Source of the DNA: Verrucomicrobiota bacterium
Lineage (GTDB): Bacteria > Verrucomicrobiota > Verrucomicrobiia > Limisphaerales > AAA164-E04
Assembly: GCA_047947115.1 (NCBI GenBank)
Contig: CP170459.1
Location: 2,240,001-2,304,000, forward strand
Length of the DNA stretch: 64,000 nt
Direction: 5' to 3'
The first letter of the stretch is position 1; every line of letters starts with the position of its first letter. Of this stretch, positions 47,166 through 57,109 are shown one piece after another. Made by a program: the position numbers and the translations under genes. The notes beneath the pieces were generated by a model. It saw only the letters and a program-made list of their open reading frames with translations, was not told where the DNA came from and made no database searches.

Positions 47166-49229
47166 ATGAAACAACGCTATTTCATTCTAATCTTGATCCT
47201 GGGATTGTGGGGGATTTCCACGATATCCTACCGGATCTTTGCACAAGATCAACCCGTTGGCCGACTGTCCGATTATCGGCAAACGGATGCCTACTACAAC
47301 GAGTTGCATCGTCCCCAGTTTCATTTCACACCTCCCATGAACTGGATGAATGATCCAAATGGGATGGTGTATTTTGATGGCGAGTACCATTTGTTTTACC
47401 AACACAACCCACATGGCAACACCTGGGGCCACATGAGTTGGGGGCATGCGGTGAGTCCGGATCTGGTGCATTGGGAACATCTGCCGATCGCCCTGCAGGA
47501 TCATTATGGGGTGATGATTTTTTCCGGCAGCGCTGTGGTGGATTTTAAGAATACAAGTGGATTTGGAAATGGAGAGCTTCCGCCGCTGGTCGCCATTTAT
47601 ACGGGGCATGGTCATGGGAAACAGACCCAGGATATTGCCTACAGCAACGATCGGGGACGCACCTGGACGAAGTATGCCGGGAATCCGGTGATTGATCTGA
47701 ACATGTCCGACTTTCGCGACCCGAAGGTGTTTTGGCATGAAGCATCAGAGAAATGGGTCATGACCGTCTCCATGCCCCTGGAACGTAAGGTGCGATTTTA
47801 TAGTTCTCACAATTTGAAGGAATGGGATCTCCTCAGCGAATTTGGTCCGGCTGGTGCGGTGAAGGGGATTTGGGAATGTCCGGATCTTTTCCCGGTTGAA
47901 ATTGAAGGCACACAGGATTCCGAGTGGGTGTTGATTGTCAACATCGGCAGCGGTGCCATCGCGGGAGGATCGGGGTGTCAGTATTTTATCGGCGATTTTG
48001 ACGGTACCAGATTTATCGTTGATGAGGTCGGCAATCAAAATGAACGCCAATCCGCCCGTCCAACAGGTCGTGTGATTGCCGATTTTGAAGGTGACTCTTT
48101 CGGTGAAGGTTGGGTGGCGACCGGGGCTTCCTTTGCTCCCGGACCGATCAAGACTCAGGATCCGTTCAGCGGTTATTTGGGCAAGGGATTGGCCACCAGT
48201 TGGGGGAATGGAGATGTTGATCAGGGGGCTTTGCGGTCGCCCGAAATAAAGATCGACGGCAATTATATTCACTTTCTCATTGGTGGGGGGAATCATCCGG
48301 GCGAGGCTTGTTTTAATTTGCTGATCAATGGAGAAGTCGTCCGGACTGCCACCGGCACCAACAGCGGCATGCTCCAGTGGCATTCCTGGGATGTGACCCA
48401 TTTCAATGGAAAGCAGGCGGTGCTGGAAGTGCTCGATCAGCACTCAGGCGGTTGGGGGCAGATCTTTGTCGACCACATCGTGATGGGAGATTAACCTTTC
48501 GAAGATCCGGGTGAGCCTGCTCTTTGGGTGGATTATGGAAAGGATTTTTACGCGGCGGTCAGTTGGGCCGATGTGCCTGCCGAGGATGGCCGGCGTTTGT
48601 GGTTGGGCTGGATGAGTAATTGGCAGTATGCAAACAACATCCCAACCCACCCCTGGCGAAGCGCCATGTCGATTCCTCGCAGCCTGCATTTGCGTTCCAC
48701 ACCGGACGGATTGAAGCTTGTTCAACGTCCGGTTCACGAGTTACGCAAGCTGCGTGGTGAACGCACGCGGATGTCCGACATCGAAGTGGGGCCACAAGGG
48801 GTGGATTTGAGATCAAAAGGGGTGGTTGGTAAACGACTGGAAATCGTGATCGATATCGATCCGGGAACGTCCGGCGAGTTTGGAATCCGGCTGCGAAAAG
48901 GTGGGGCGGCCGCCACGGTGGTGGGGTATGAAGTTGCCAGGGAGCAATTATACGTGGATCGCACCCAATCAGGGGACGTGTCGTTTCATGATGCCTTTTC
49001 GGTCCGAAATGCAGGGCCATTGTCCAGACGCAATGGCTCCATCCGCCTGCACCTGTTTTTGGATGATTCCTCCGTGGAGGTGTTTGGCAATCGCGGGGAA
49101 ACAGTGCTTTCTGAACGCATTTTTCCTTCTCCCGAACATCTCGGTGTCGAATTGTTCTCGAACGGGGGAACGGCTCATGTCAAGCGTCTGAGAGCCTGGG
49201 AACTGGATTCGATTTGGCACAAGCCGTGA
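47166..49229 (+). pseudogene. GH32 levanase/inulinase split by an in-frame TAA (48492-48494)
   Basis: WMNDPNG, FSGS, RDP and WECPD motifs precede the stop. The same frame continues PFEDPGEPALWVDYGKDFYA...DDSSVEVF. Confidence 0.9.
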
Positions 49230-49240
49230 TCGGCAAAGGA

Positions 49241-50065
49241 TCAGGCCTGAGTTGGTCCTGTTGGACTTGCAGGCTCCTCAGGCTGCCCTAAATTCAGGCG
49301 GGCGACCACTTCGCGGGCCAGCACCTCATAGGCTGCCGCGCCTGCGCTGTAGGGATCGTAATCCACAATGGGTTTGCCGTGACTGGGCGCTTCGGCGAGT
49401 CGCGTTGTGCGTGGGATGACCGTTTCGAATACTTTTTCGCCAAAATAGCCGCGCACTTCTTCCACCACCTGGTGCGAGAGTCGCGTCCGGGCATCGAACA
49501 TGGTCATGGCCACGCCGAGCAGTTCCAGATCGGCATTCGCTCCGGATTCCTTCAACTGGTTCATCACGCGTGTCAGCATCGCGATCCCTTCAAGCGCGTA
49601 ATATTCGCACTGAAGAGGTACCAACAGGTGGTCCGCTGCACAAAAAGCATTGAGAGTGATGACTGCAAGGGAGGGTGGACAGTCGATCAAGATGGCGTCG
49701 TAGCGATCGGATTGCACCAAAGGTCCGAGAGCATCCTTGAATCGGTGCAAATGTCGATCGCTTTGGGCCAGTTCGATTTCAGCGCCACAGAGGTCGACCT
49801 CTGAAGGGATGATGTCCAGCCTGTCATAACTGGTTGCCTTGATCTTGTCCGCCAAGGTGCCTTCACCCAAAAGGGGGCGATAAGCGCTTGCTCCCTCTTC
49901 TTTTTCCAGACCCAGTCCACTGGTCGCATTGGCCTGAGAATCCACATCAATCAACAGCACGCGGAACTGGTCCGCAGCCAGACATGCAGCGAGGTTGACG
50001 GTGGTGGTTGTTTTCCCCACTCCGCCTTTCTGGTTGGCTATAGCTATGACGTGTGTCTTCGGCAC
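49241..50065 (-). CDS. parA: ParA/Soj-family ATPase
   Basis: NQKGGVGKTTT, DCPPSL, QCEYYALEG and RLAEAPSHG motifs. Confidence 0.92.
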   Translation of the reverse strand: MPKTHVIAIANQKGGVGKTTTTVNLAACLAADQFRVLLIDVDSQANATSGLGLEKEEGASAYRPLLGEGTLADKIKATSYDRLDIIPSEVDLCGAEIELAQSDRHLHRFKDALGPLVQSDRYDAILIDCPPSLAVITLNAFCAADHLLVPLQCEYYALEGIAMLTRVMNQLKESGANADLELLGVAMTMFDARTRLSHQVVEEVRGYFGEKVFETVIPRTTRLAEAPSHGKPIVDYDPYSAGAAAYEVLAREVVARLNLGQPEEPASPTGPTQA

Positions 50066-50192
50066 GCAAGGTTTTTAAAGAAAGCAGGGCTCTTTGTGCA
50101 AGGACATTAGAGAATCACTTGCCATCAAGTCAGGCGCCAAGGGTGGTATCAGGATTTGCGCAAAGGGGTTTTTCCTCCAATGAAGGGGGTTG

Positions 50193-50861
50193 TCAGCGGC
50201 CGTTTTGGTAGTCTTCGTTGAAGATGTATGAGGTGGGTTGTATGCCGGTCTTACCTGTTAACACAAAGATCATGAATGGGATCAACCCCATAAAAGCGCC
50301 CATGGCCAAATGGGTGATGGGTGCCCCCACCAGGAAGCCTCCTGCCACCAGAATCAGGCTGAGCAGGGGAAGAAGTCCATTTCGGTCGGGAATGCTAAAT
50401 CCGGCAGCAAGGATGCAGCCGACGGTGAAAAGGCCTATGTCCCAACCTGCCACAAACAAGGCAAGTCCCATGACATAAAAAGTGGGTAACACCGTGAACC
50501 GTCCATGTTTGAATGCCTGACATTGAAGAATGGTCCCCATGGCCAAACTGGCAAACGTGGCTGCAGTAGCGGTCAAAGCGTTTTCCGGATGTGTGTGTGT
50601 ATATGCTTTTCCCCAGATTCCAAGGACGTAGGAAACGCACCCCGCTCGAACAAAGTCACTCCAGTTGGGTGCATAACCTAGAGCTGCTTTCCATGGAGCA
50701 CTTCGTTTGACTTTCTTCAAGGGATGCATACGTTTCAGTGCCAGCAGAGGCCACCCTGGAATCCAGAGCCCCAGACAACAAACGGAAAACAAAATCCACG
50801 AATCTAAAACAGAATCAATCAAAGCATCCCAACTATGAGAACACCTTATTGGCTCATGCAA
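50193..50861 (-). CDS. Hypothetical integral membrane protein
   Basis: Several hydrophobic segments; no motif recognised. Confidence 0.65.
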   Translation of the reverse strand: MHEPIRCSHSWDALIDSVLDSWILFSVCCLGLWIPGWPLLALKRMHPLKKVKRSAPWKAALGYAPNWSDFVRAGCVSYVLGIWGKAYTHTHPENALTATAATFASLAMGTILQCQAFKHGRFTVLPTFYVMGLALFVAGWDIGLFTVGCILAAGFSIPDRNGLLPLLSLILVAGGFLVGAPITHLAMGAFMGLIPFMIFVLTGKTGIQPTSYIFNEDYQNGR

Positions 50862-50983
50862 TCAAAAATTCTAACACAACTATACTTTGTTTTTTGCATT
50901 GCAAATTAAATTCGTGTTTTAGTTATTTTTGTCGGCTTTTAGCATTGGGCTGTCGTAATTTCGATACTTTTGTCGGATTTTCG

Positions 50984-52549
50984 CTATTGGTAGAATTCTG
51001 ATGAAAAACCTGTCGCTTTTGAACCTTTAATGGACCGGTGATAAAATTGAGTACCCCGATCGCGTTGTAGGGGGATGGATTTCCCTTTGGTTTCTTCCAG
51101 CAGGTCGAAAAGCGCTTGATTCATGGCTTTGATGCGATCCTGATGTCGATCTTCACGGATCAGATTGTGCAGTTCATGAGGATCACTTTTCAGATCATAC
51201 AATTCGTCTTTATCCCAAATGCCGTGGTAGCGAATGTATTTGTAGCGCTCCCCGCGAATGGCGTGCGTGGTCGGTGTCTGGGGGTAGTTCCGTTCCCAAA
51301 GGTATTCATATAACAAATAGGATCGCCATTCCGTTGACTCACCTTTCAGGAATGGTAAGAAGGAACTCCCGTCCATATGGCCAGGAATGGTCACTCCGGC
51401 CAGGTCCAATAGTGTGGGGGCAATGTCAATGTTGGCAACGGTCTGGGAGACCTTTGTTCCCGGTCTGTTGAGCCGGGGATACCGGACCAGCATCGGGATG
51501 CGCATGGATTCTTCATACGCGTTGCGTTTATCGATCAGTCCGTGCTCGCCGAATAGGAAGCCATTGTCGCCCAGATAGATCACCAGGGTGTTCTCTGCTT
51601 CGCCCGACTCATCCAGCCAATGGAGTAACTCGCCCACACTGTCATCGACTGCCAGCAGGGTTTCACAGTAGCGTTGATAGTATTGTTCCATGTCCAGATT
51701 CGTGTAATACGCGTATTCGACTCCATGGCGGCTGTTACGCTGGTTTTGCACCCACAAGGGTTTGGTGCGGGCAATGTCCGGATTGTCCTTCCAATCCTTA
51801 TGGATGGGGAGCTTTTCGTTCCGATAACGGTAGGCATGTCTCTCGGCTGGAATGAAATCCGCATGTGCTGCTTTATGGGAAACATAGAGGAAGAATGGTT
51901 TCTCCTTTTTTCGGTGCTTTAGCCAATCCAGACTGAATGCGGTCAGTTCGTCTGTGATGTATCCGTCTTGGGATTGGCGTTCCGTTCCATTGATATTGAA
52001 TCCATCGCGACTGGCCTGCGGCACAAATCGGCCTTTGACGGATGATTTTGCCGGATCTGTCCAATAAACACCCTGTCCCTTGAAGCTAACCCAGTGATCG
52101 AAGCCGCGCTGTGGGTGGTCGATATTTCCTCCCATGTGCCACTTGCCGACAAATGCTGTTTCGTATCCGCTCTGTTGCAACAATTCAGGGAAAAAGGTCA
52201 GATCCTCACGGACGGGATTGTAATTATCGATCACACCATGATTGTGGGCATACAAGCCAGTCAGGATCGACGCGCGGCTTGGGCTGCATAAGGATGTGGT
52301 GACGAAAGCGTTTTCGAAATGAGTTCCTTCCCGGGCAAGTCGATCCATGTGAGGTGTTTCAATGAACGGGTGGCCCATGAATCCCATGGCGTCAAATCGA
52401 TGGTCATCGCACAGGATCAACAGGATATTGGGTCGATTCTCGGCGCATAGCATCGGCTGTATGGAGGTGAAAAAGCTTATGTTGCACGCAATAAAGCTGT
52501 AAAAGAGCCAATGGGTCACACCGTTTTTTATCCGGAGTTTGGAGATCAT
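50984..52549 (-). CDS. Sulfatase (N-acetylglucosamine-6-sulfatase-like)
   Basis: RPNILLILCDD, CSPSRASILTG, GKWHM and GEHGLIDKR motifs. Confidence 0.93.
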   Translation of the reverse strand: MISKLRIKNGVTHWLFYSFIACNISFFTSIQPMLCAENRPNILLILCDDHRFDAMGFMGHPFIETPHMDRLAREGTHFENAFVTTSLCSPSRASILTGLYAHNHGVIDNYNPVREDLTFFPELLQQSGYETAFVGKWHMGGNIDHPQRGFDHWVSFKGQGVYWTDPAKSSVKGRFVPQASRDGFNINGTERQSQDGYITDELTAFSLDWLKHRKKEKPFFLYVSHKAAHADFIPAERHAYRYRNEKLPIHKDWKDNPDIARTKPLWVQNQRNSRHGVEYAYYTNLDMEQYYQRYCETLLAVDDSVGELLHWLDESGEAENTLVIYLGDNGFLFGEHGLIDKRNAYEESMRIPMLVRYPRLNRPGTKVSQTVANIDIAPTLLDLAGVTIPGHMDGSSFLPFLKGESTEWRSYLLYEYLWERNYPQTPTTHAIRGERYKYIRYHGIWDKDELYDLKSDPHELHNLIREDRHQDRIKAMNQALFDLLEETKGKSIPLQRDRGTQFYHRSIKGSKATGFSSEFYQ

Positions 52550-52657
52550 GCGCTTATCCTACCCAAACCCTTTACCTCGCCAAATCGAAAATGCTTCCAA
52601 GATGTGCATTCGCAACTATTCAGCGAAGTCACCAAAATCATTGAAAAAGGGCTCAGC

Positions 52658-53683
52658 ATGACTATGCTTCGGTTCATGACTATCCAGTGGAGATTTTTAT
52701 TGTTGGCGTTATGTGGTCTTTGGTTGGCCGGTTGTGGTTCTGAAAACGCCGCCAAGGAGGATGATGGTACCCTCCGAATCGCGGTGATTCCGAAAGGGAC
52801 CACCCATGAATTCTGGCGTTCCATCCATGCCGGTGCGGTAAAAGCTGAAAAAGAACTCAATGCTGAAGGCAAGAAGATTGAGGTGATATGGAAGGGACCG
52901 CTCAAGGAAGATGATCGCGATCAGCAGATCAGTCTGGTGCAAAATTTTACGACATCCGGAGTGGACGGTATTGTTTTGGCTCCACTGGATGCGCAGGCTT
53001 TGGTTTCACCCGTTGAAATCGCCCAAAGCGCGGGTATTCCGGTAGTGATTATTGATTCCGGTTTGAACACCGACAAATACGTCAGCTTTGTTGCCACAGA
53101 TAATTTGAAAGGCGGTCAAATGGCCGGTGAATACCTCGCCAATCAGTTGAAAAACGAAGGAAAAGTCATTTTGTTGCGTTATGCAGTGGGATCGGCCAGT
53201 ACCGAAAAGCGTGAAAACGGATTTCTTTCTGCCCTCGAAAAGAGTCCCAACATTCAGTTGATCTCTTCGGATCAATACGCCGGACCAACCCGCGAAACGG
53301 CTTATCAGAACTCCCAAAACCTGCTCAACCGTTTTGGTCAGGAAGTGAATGCCATTTTCTGTGTGAACGAAAACTCCACCATCGGCATGACCAAAGCGCT
53401 TCGCGAAATCGGTCGCGCTGGCGGTGAAGTCAAGATGATCGGATTTGATGCCGGTTCCCAATCCATCAAAGACATGGAAAGCGGCGACGTGCAGGGGCTG
53501 GTGGTTCAGGACCCGGTGCGTATGGGTTACGAAGGGGTCAAGACCATCGTGGCACACATCGAAGGCAAGCAGGTTGAAAAACGCATTGATACCGGTGTGG
53601 TGATGATCACTCCGGAGAACCTCAATGATGAAGAATCCCAACGCCTGCTGAATCCTCCCATCGACGAATATCTGGGTGAATAA
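52658..53683 (+). CDS. Sugar ABC transporter substrate-binding lipoprotein (RbsB-like)
   Basis: LAGC lipobox; IPKGTTHEFW, VATDN and VQDPVRMGY motifs. Confidence 0.92.
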   Translation: MTMLRFMTIQWRFLLLALCGLWLAGCGSENAAKEDDGTLRIAVIPKGTTHEFWRSIHAGAVKAEKELNAEGKKIEVIWKGPLKEDDRDQQISLVQNFTTSGVDGIVLAPLDAQALVSPVEIAQSAGIPVVIIDSGLNTDKYVSFVATDNLKGGQMAGEYLANQLKNEGKVILLRYAVGSASTEKRENGFLSALEKSPNIQLISSDQYAGPTRETAYQNSQNLLNRFGQEVNAIFCVNENSTIGMTKALREIGRAGGEVKMIGFDAGSQSIKDMESGDVQGLVVQDPVRMGYEGVKTIVAHIEGKQVEKRIDTGVVMITPENLNDEESQRLLNPPIDEYLGE

Positions 53684-53695
53684 GCGCGAAATGAA

Positions 53696-55282
53696 TTGAA
53701 CAACGTGTCCACCGAACCACCCATGCAGTCGTCTGTGGCGGAGACTCCGGCTCTGCGTCTCCAAATGAAGGGAGTGCGCAAGTCCTTTGGCGCGACCAAA
53801 GCCTTGAGAGGTGTGAGTTTCGAAGTGGGACCTGCCGAAGTTCACACTTTGATCGGTGAGAACGGTGCTGGCAAGAGCACCCTGATGAAGGTGATCAGCG
53901 GGGTGCATGCTCCGGATGAAGGCAGTATTTTATTGGACGGGCAACCCTTCCAGCCCAAAAACCCGCAACACGCCCGGTTGTCAGGCATCGCCATGATTTA
54001 TCAGGAGCTCAACCTGGCTCCGGACTTGTCGGTGATGGAAAACATTACTCTTGGGGATGAGCCATGTTCCTGGGGGTGGCGCCGTATTTCGGAGCAAAGG
54101 GCGCGCACTTTCGAGGCGCTTGAAAAACTGGACCATACCTCGTTGCCTCTCGATCTTCCGGTCAATCGCCTGAGCATCGCCGAGCAACAGATTGTCGAGA
54201 TCGCCCGCGCGTTGATTGGACGTCCCAAAGTCCTGATCATGGACGAACCCACCAGCAGCCTGACTCAGGTGGATGTTCAGAATTTGTTTCGTGTGATCGG
54301 ACGGCTCAAGGACAGCGGGGTGAGTGTGGTTTACATCAGCCATTTCCTTGAAGAATGCCAGCAGATCAGTGATCGCTACACCGTATTGCGGGATGGTGAA
54401 TCGGTGGCCAGCGGGGATATGAAAAAGGCTGATCTGCAGGATATCATCCATCAAATGGTCGGTCGCGAGATGAAGGATATTTATCCCCGCAAGGAACATT
54501 CCATTGGAGAACCGGTGCTTGAAATGGAAGCGTTGGCGGGACGCGAAAAGCCCAGGTCGGCCACCATACAATTGTGCAAAGGTGAGATTTTCGGTGTGGC
54601 TGGTTTGGTCGGAGCAGGGCGGACCGAGACCTTGCGGGCTTGTTTCGGTTTGGACAAAGTGGCTGCTGGCCGCATTGCGGTTTTTGGCCAGGAATCCACC
54701 CATGCCACGCCCACGCAACGTTTGTCACAAGGGATGGGGTTGTTGAGCGAAAACCGAAAAGAGGAAGGACTTTTGTTAAACCGCGACCTGGCCGACAACC
54801 TGACACTGACCCGCTTTGAAGGTATCTCAAAAATGGGATTCATCCCCGTAAGGGCGCAAACTGAAAAGGCTCAACACTGGATTGAAAAACTTCAGGTCAA
54901 AACCCGCAGTCCGCGTCAAAACGTCGGAGAACTGTCCGGCGGCAATCAACAAAAAATCGCCATCGCAAGATTGCTGCATCATGACGCGGACATTCTGCTC
55001 TTGGATGAACCCACCCGAGGCATTGATATCGGCAGCAAAGCCCAGATTTACAGTCTGATTTGCGAACTGGCCAAAAGAGGCAAAGCCATCGTGTTTGTGA
55101 GTTCCTACCTGCCGGAATTACTGGGGATTTGCGACACCATCGGCGTGATGTGCCGCGGTGAAATCAAAACCAAACGACCGGCCGATCAATGGACCGAACA
55201 CGAGTTGATTGGGGTGGCTGTCGGACAAATTGCCGAATCTGGCTCAAACGAAACCGATCCTGACCTTCAATCGGCTGAATAA
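53696..55282 (+). CDS. Sugar ABC transporter ATP-binding protein (RbsA-like)
   Basis: GENGAGKST, DEPT, LSGGNQQK and DEPTRGID motifs. Confidence 0.95.
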   Translation: MNNVSTEPPMQSSVAETPALRLQMKGVRKSFGATKALRGVSFEVGPAEVHTLIGENGAGKSTLMKVISGVHAPDEGSILLDGQPFQPKNPQHARLSGIAMIYQELNLAPDLSVMENITLGDEPCSWGWRRISEQRARTFEALEKLDHTSLPLDLPVNRLSIAEQQIVEIARALIGRPKVLIMDEPTSSLTQVDVQNLFRVIGRLKDSGVSVVYISHFLEECQQISDRYTVLRDGESVASGDMKKADLQDIIHQMVGREMKDIYPRKEHSIGEPVLEMEALAGREKPRSATIQLCKGEIFGVAGLVGAGRTETLRACFGLDKVAAGRIAVFGQESTHATPTQRLSQGMGLLSENRKEEGLLLNRDLADNLTLTRFEGISKMGFIPVRAQTEKAQHWIEKLQVKTRSPRQNVGELSGGNQQKIAIARLLHHDADILLLDEPTRGIDIGSKAQIYSLICELAKRGKAIVFVSSYLPELLGICDTIGVMCRGEIKTKRPADQWTEHELIGVAVGQIAESGSNETDPDLQSAE

Positions 55283-55301
55283 CTTTTTACTATCCGAACA
55301 C

Positions 55302-56288
55302 ATGGCAACTCACACAGATTCAAAAGATCGATTCGATTGGAAGAAATTCCTCAACTCCTTCGGGCCTTTGTTTGGCCTCCTGCTCGTCATCGGATTGTTT
55401 TCATTGAGCGAAGAACTGCGACCGGTCTTTTTCACCGGAGGCAATGCCAAACTCATCCTCACCCAGACTGTCATCGTGGCCACCGGGGCTCTGGGTATGA
55501 CGCTGGTGATTGTCAGTGGCGGGATTGATTTGAGCGCCGGGTCGGTGGTGGCCTTGACCAGTGTGGTGGCTGCCACGTTGTTGGTTCAGGAAGTTCATCC
55601 GGTTGCCGTGGTTTTGCTGACGGTTCTTGCTGGAGGCTGCATTGGCGCCATCAATGGCGGCATCATCGCCGGGTTCAAAATGGTACCATTCATTGTGACG
55701 CTGGGGATGATGGGGATCGCGCGCGGTGTCTCCAAATGGCTGGGAAACAATCAAACTGTCAATCCCGAGAACAATCCTCTCAATCGCCTGATGGAACCAG
55801 TCAATCCTCTGGAACTTTGGCCGCTGCCCCTCGGGGTGTGGGTGACCATTGGACTGGCTTTGATCATGATGGTTATCATGAAATACTCCATTTTTGGCCG
55901 CTACATATTCGCCATCGGTTCCAATGAAGACACCGCACGTCTGTGCGGTATTCGTGTGCGAACAACCAAGGTGATGATTTATGCGCTGGCCGGACTGTTC
56001 TTTGGTTTGGCGGGCTTGATGCAATACTCCCGTTTGACCCAGGGAGATCCAACGGTGGCGATCGGACTTGAACTTGAGATCATTGCCGCAGTAGTGATTG
56101 GTGGTGCCAGCCTCAGTGGGGGTGCCGGCAGCATCTCGGGAACCATTCTTGGCGCACTGATCATGGGCGTGCTCAAAAGCGGATCCAGCCAGATGAATTG
56201 GCCCACCTACATGCAGGAGATCATCATCGGCATCGTCATCATCCTGGCCGTCGGCCTCGACAAATGGCGCCAGAGCAAACAGAGCTGA
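55302..56288 (+). CDS. Sugar ABC transporter permease (RbsC-like)
   Basis: GGIDLSAGS, FIVTLG and IAAVVIGGASLSGG motifs. Confidence 0.95.
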   Translation: MATHTDSKDRFDWKKFLNSFGPLFGLLLVIGLFSLSEELRPVFFTGGNAKLILTQTVIVATGALGMTLVIVSGGIDLSAGSVVALTSVVAATLLVQEVHPVAVVLLTVLAGGCIGAINGGIIAGFKMVPFIVTLGMMGIARGVSKWLGNNQTVNPENNPLNRLMEPVNPLELWPLPLGVWVTIGLALIMMVIMKYSIFGRYIFAIGSNEDTARLCGIRVRTTKVMIYALAGLFFGLAGLMQYSRLTQGDPTVAIGLELEIIAAVVIGGASLSGGAGSISGTILGALIMGVLKSGSSQMNWPTYMQEIIIGIVIILAVGLDKWRQSKQS

Positions 56289-56295
56289 ATTCTCA

Positions 56296-57050
56296 GGGAC
56301 GCGGCACTCCGCGTCCGGTTGTGTGTCCGAACAACGATTCAGGCCTTCGAATACCCATCGCGCGAGCGCGGCCCTGCGGCAGCAGGGCCCTACCGAAGGT
56401 GTGATGGTAGGGACGCGGTGCCCCGCGTCCGCGAAGGAGTTGTAGCATTCAAGCATCAAGAGAACATTGAACGCGTCATAGCCGAGCAGCCTACCAGGAT
56501 GTGATGGTAGATGGGGCGCGGCTCTCCGCGTCCGGTTGTATGTCCGAACAACGATTCAGGCCTTCGAATACCCATCGCGCGAGCGCGGCCCTGCGGCAGC
56601 AGGGCCCTACCGAAGGTATGATGGTAGGGACGCGGTGCCCCGCGTCCGCGAAGGAGTTGTAGCATTCAAGCATCAAGAAAACATCGAACGCGTCATAGCC
56701 GAGCAGCCTACCAGGATGTGATGGTAGATGGGGCGCGGCTCTCCGCGTCCGGTTGTGTGTCCGAACAACGATTCAGGCCTTCGAATACCCATCACGCGCA
56801 CGCGGCCCTGCGGCAGCAGGGCCCTACCGAAGGTGTGATGGTAGGGACGCGGTGCCCCGCGTCCGTGAACGATTTGTAGCATTCAAACATCAAGAGAACA
56901 TTGAACGCGTCATAGCCGAGCAGCCTACCAGGATGTAATGGTAGATGGGGCGCGGCACTCCGCGTCCGGTTGTTTGTCCGAACAACGATTCAGGCCTTCG
57001 AATACCCATCGCGCGCACGCGGCCCTGCGGCAGCAGGGCCCTACCGAAGG
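56296..57050. repeat. Tandem array, 217-bp period, ~3.5 copies, built from GTAG-type REP palindromes (BIME-like)
   Basis: TCCGGTTG recurs at 56314, 56531, 56748 and 56965; the units are near-identical. Confidence 0.95.
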
Positions 57051-57109
57051 CAGGTTCATTACAGCTCGGTACTTGACCCGACAGCGGTTTCAAAGCATGT
57101 TCGGGAATC

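Noticed and set aside
48492..48494. Stop-codon reassignment
   Set aside because: TAA ends many intact genes here (e.g. EVE, fbaA, DUF1592, SSS), so the code is standard.
49241..50065. ParA as a plasmid or prophage marker
   Set aside because: It is a chromosomal Soj-type sequence with no parB, rep or phage genes nearby.
56296..57050. CRISPR array
   Set aside because: The intervening sequences repeat rather than being unique, the period is 217 bp, and no cas genes are present.
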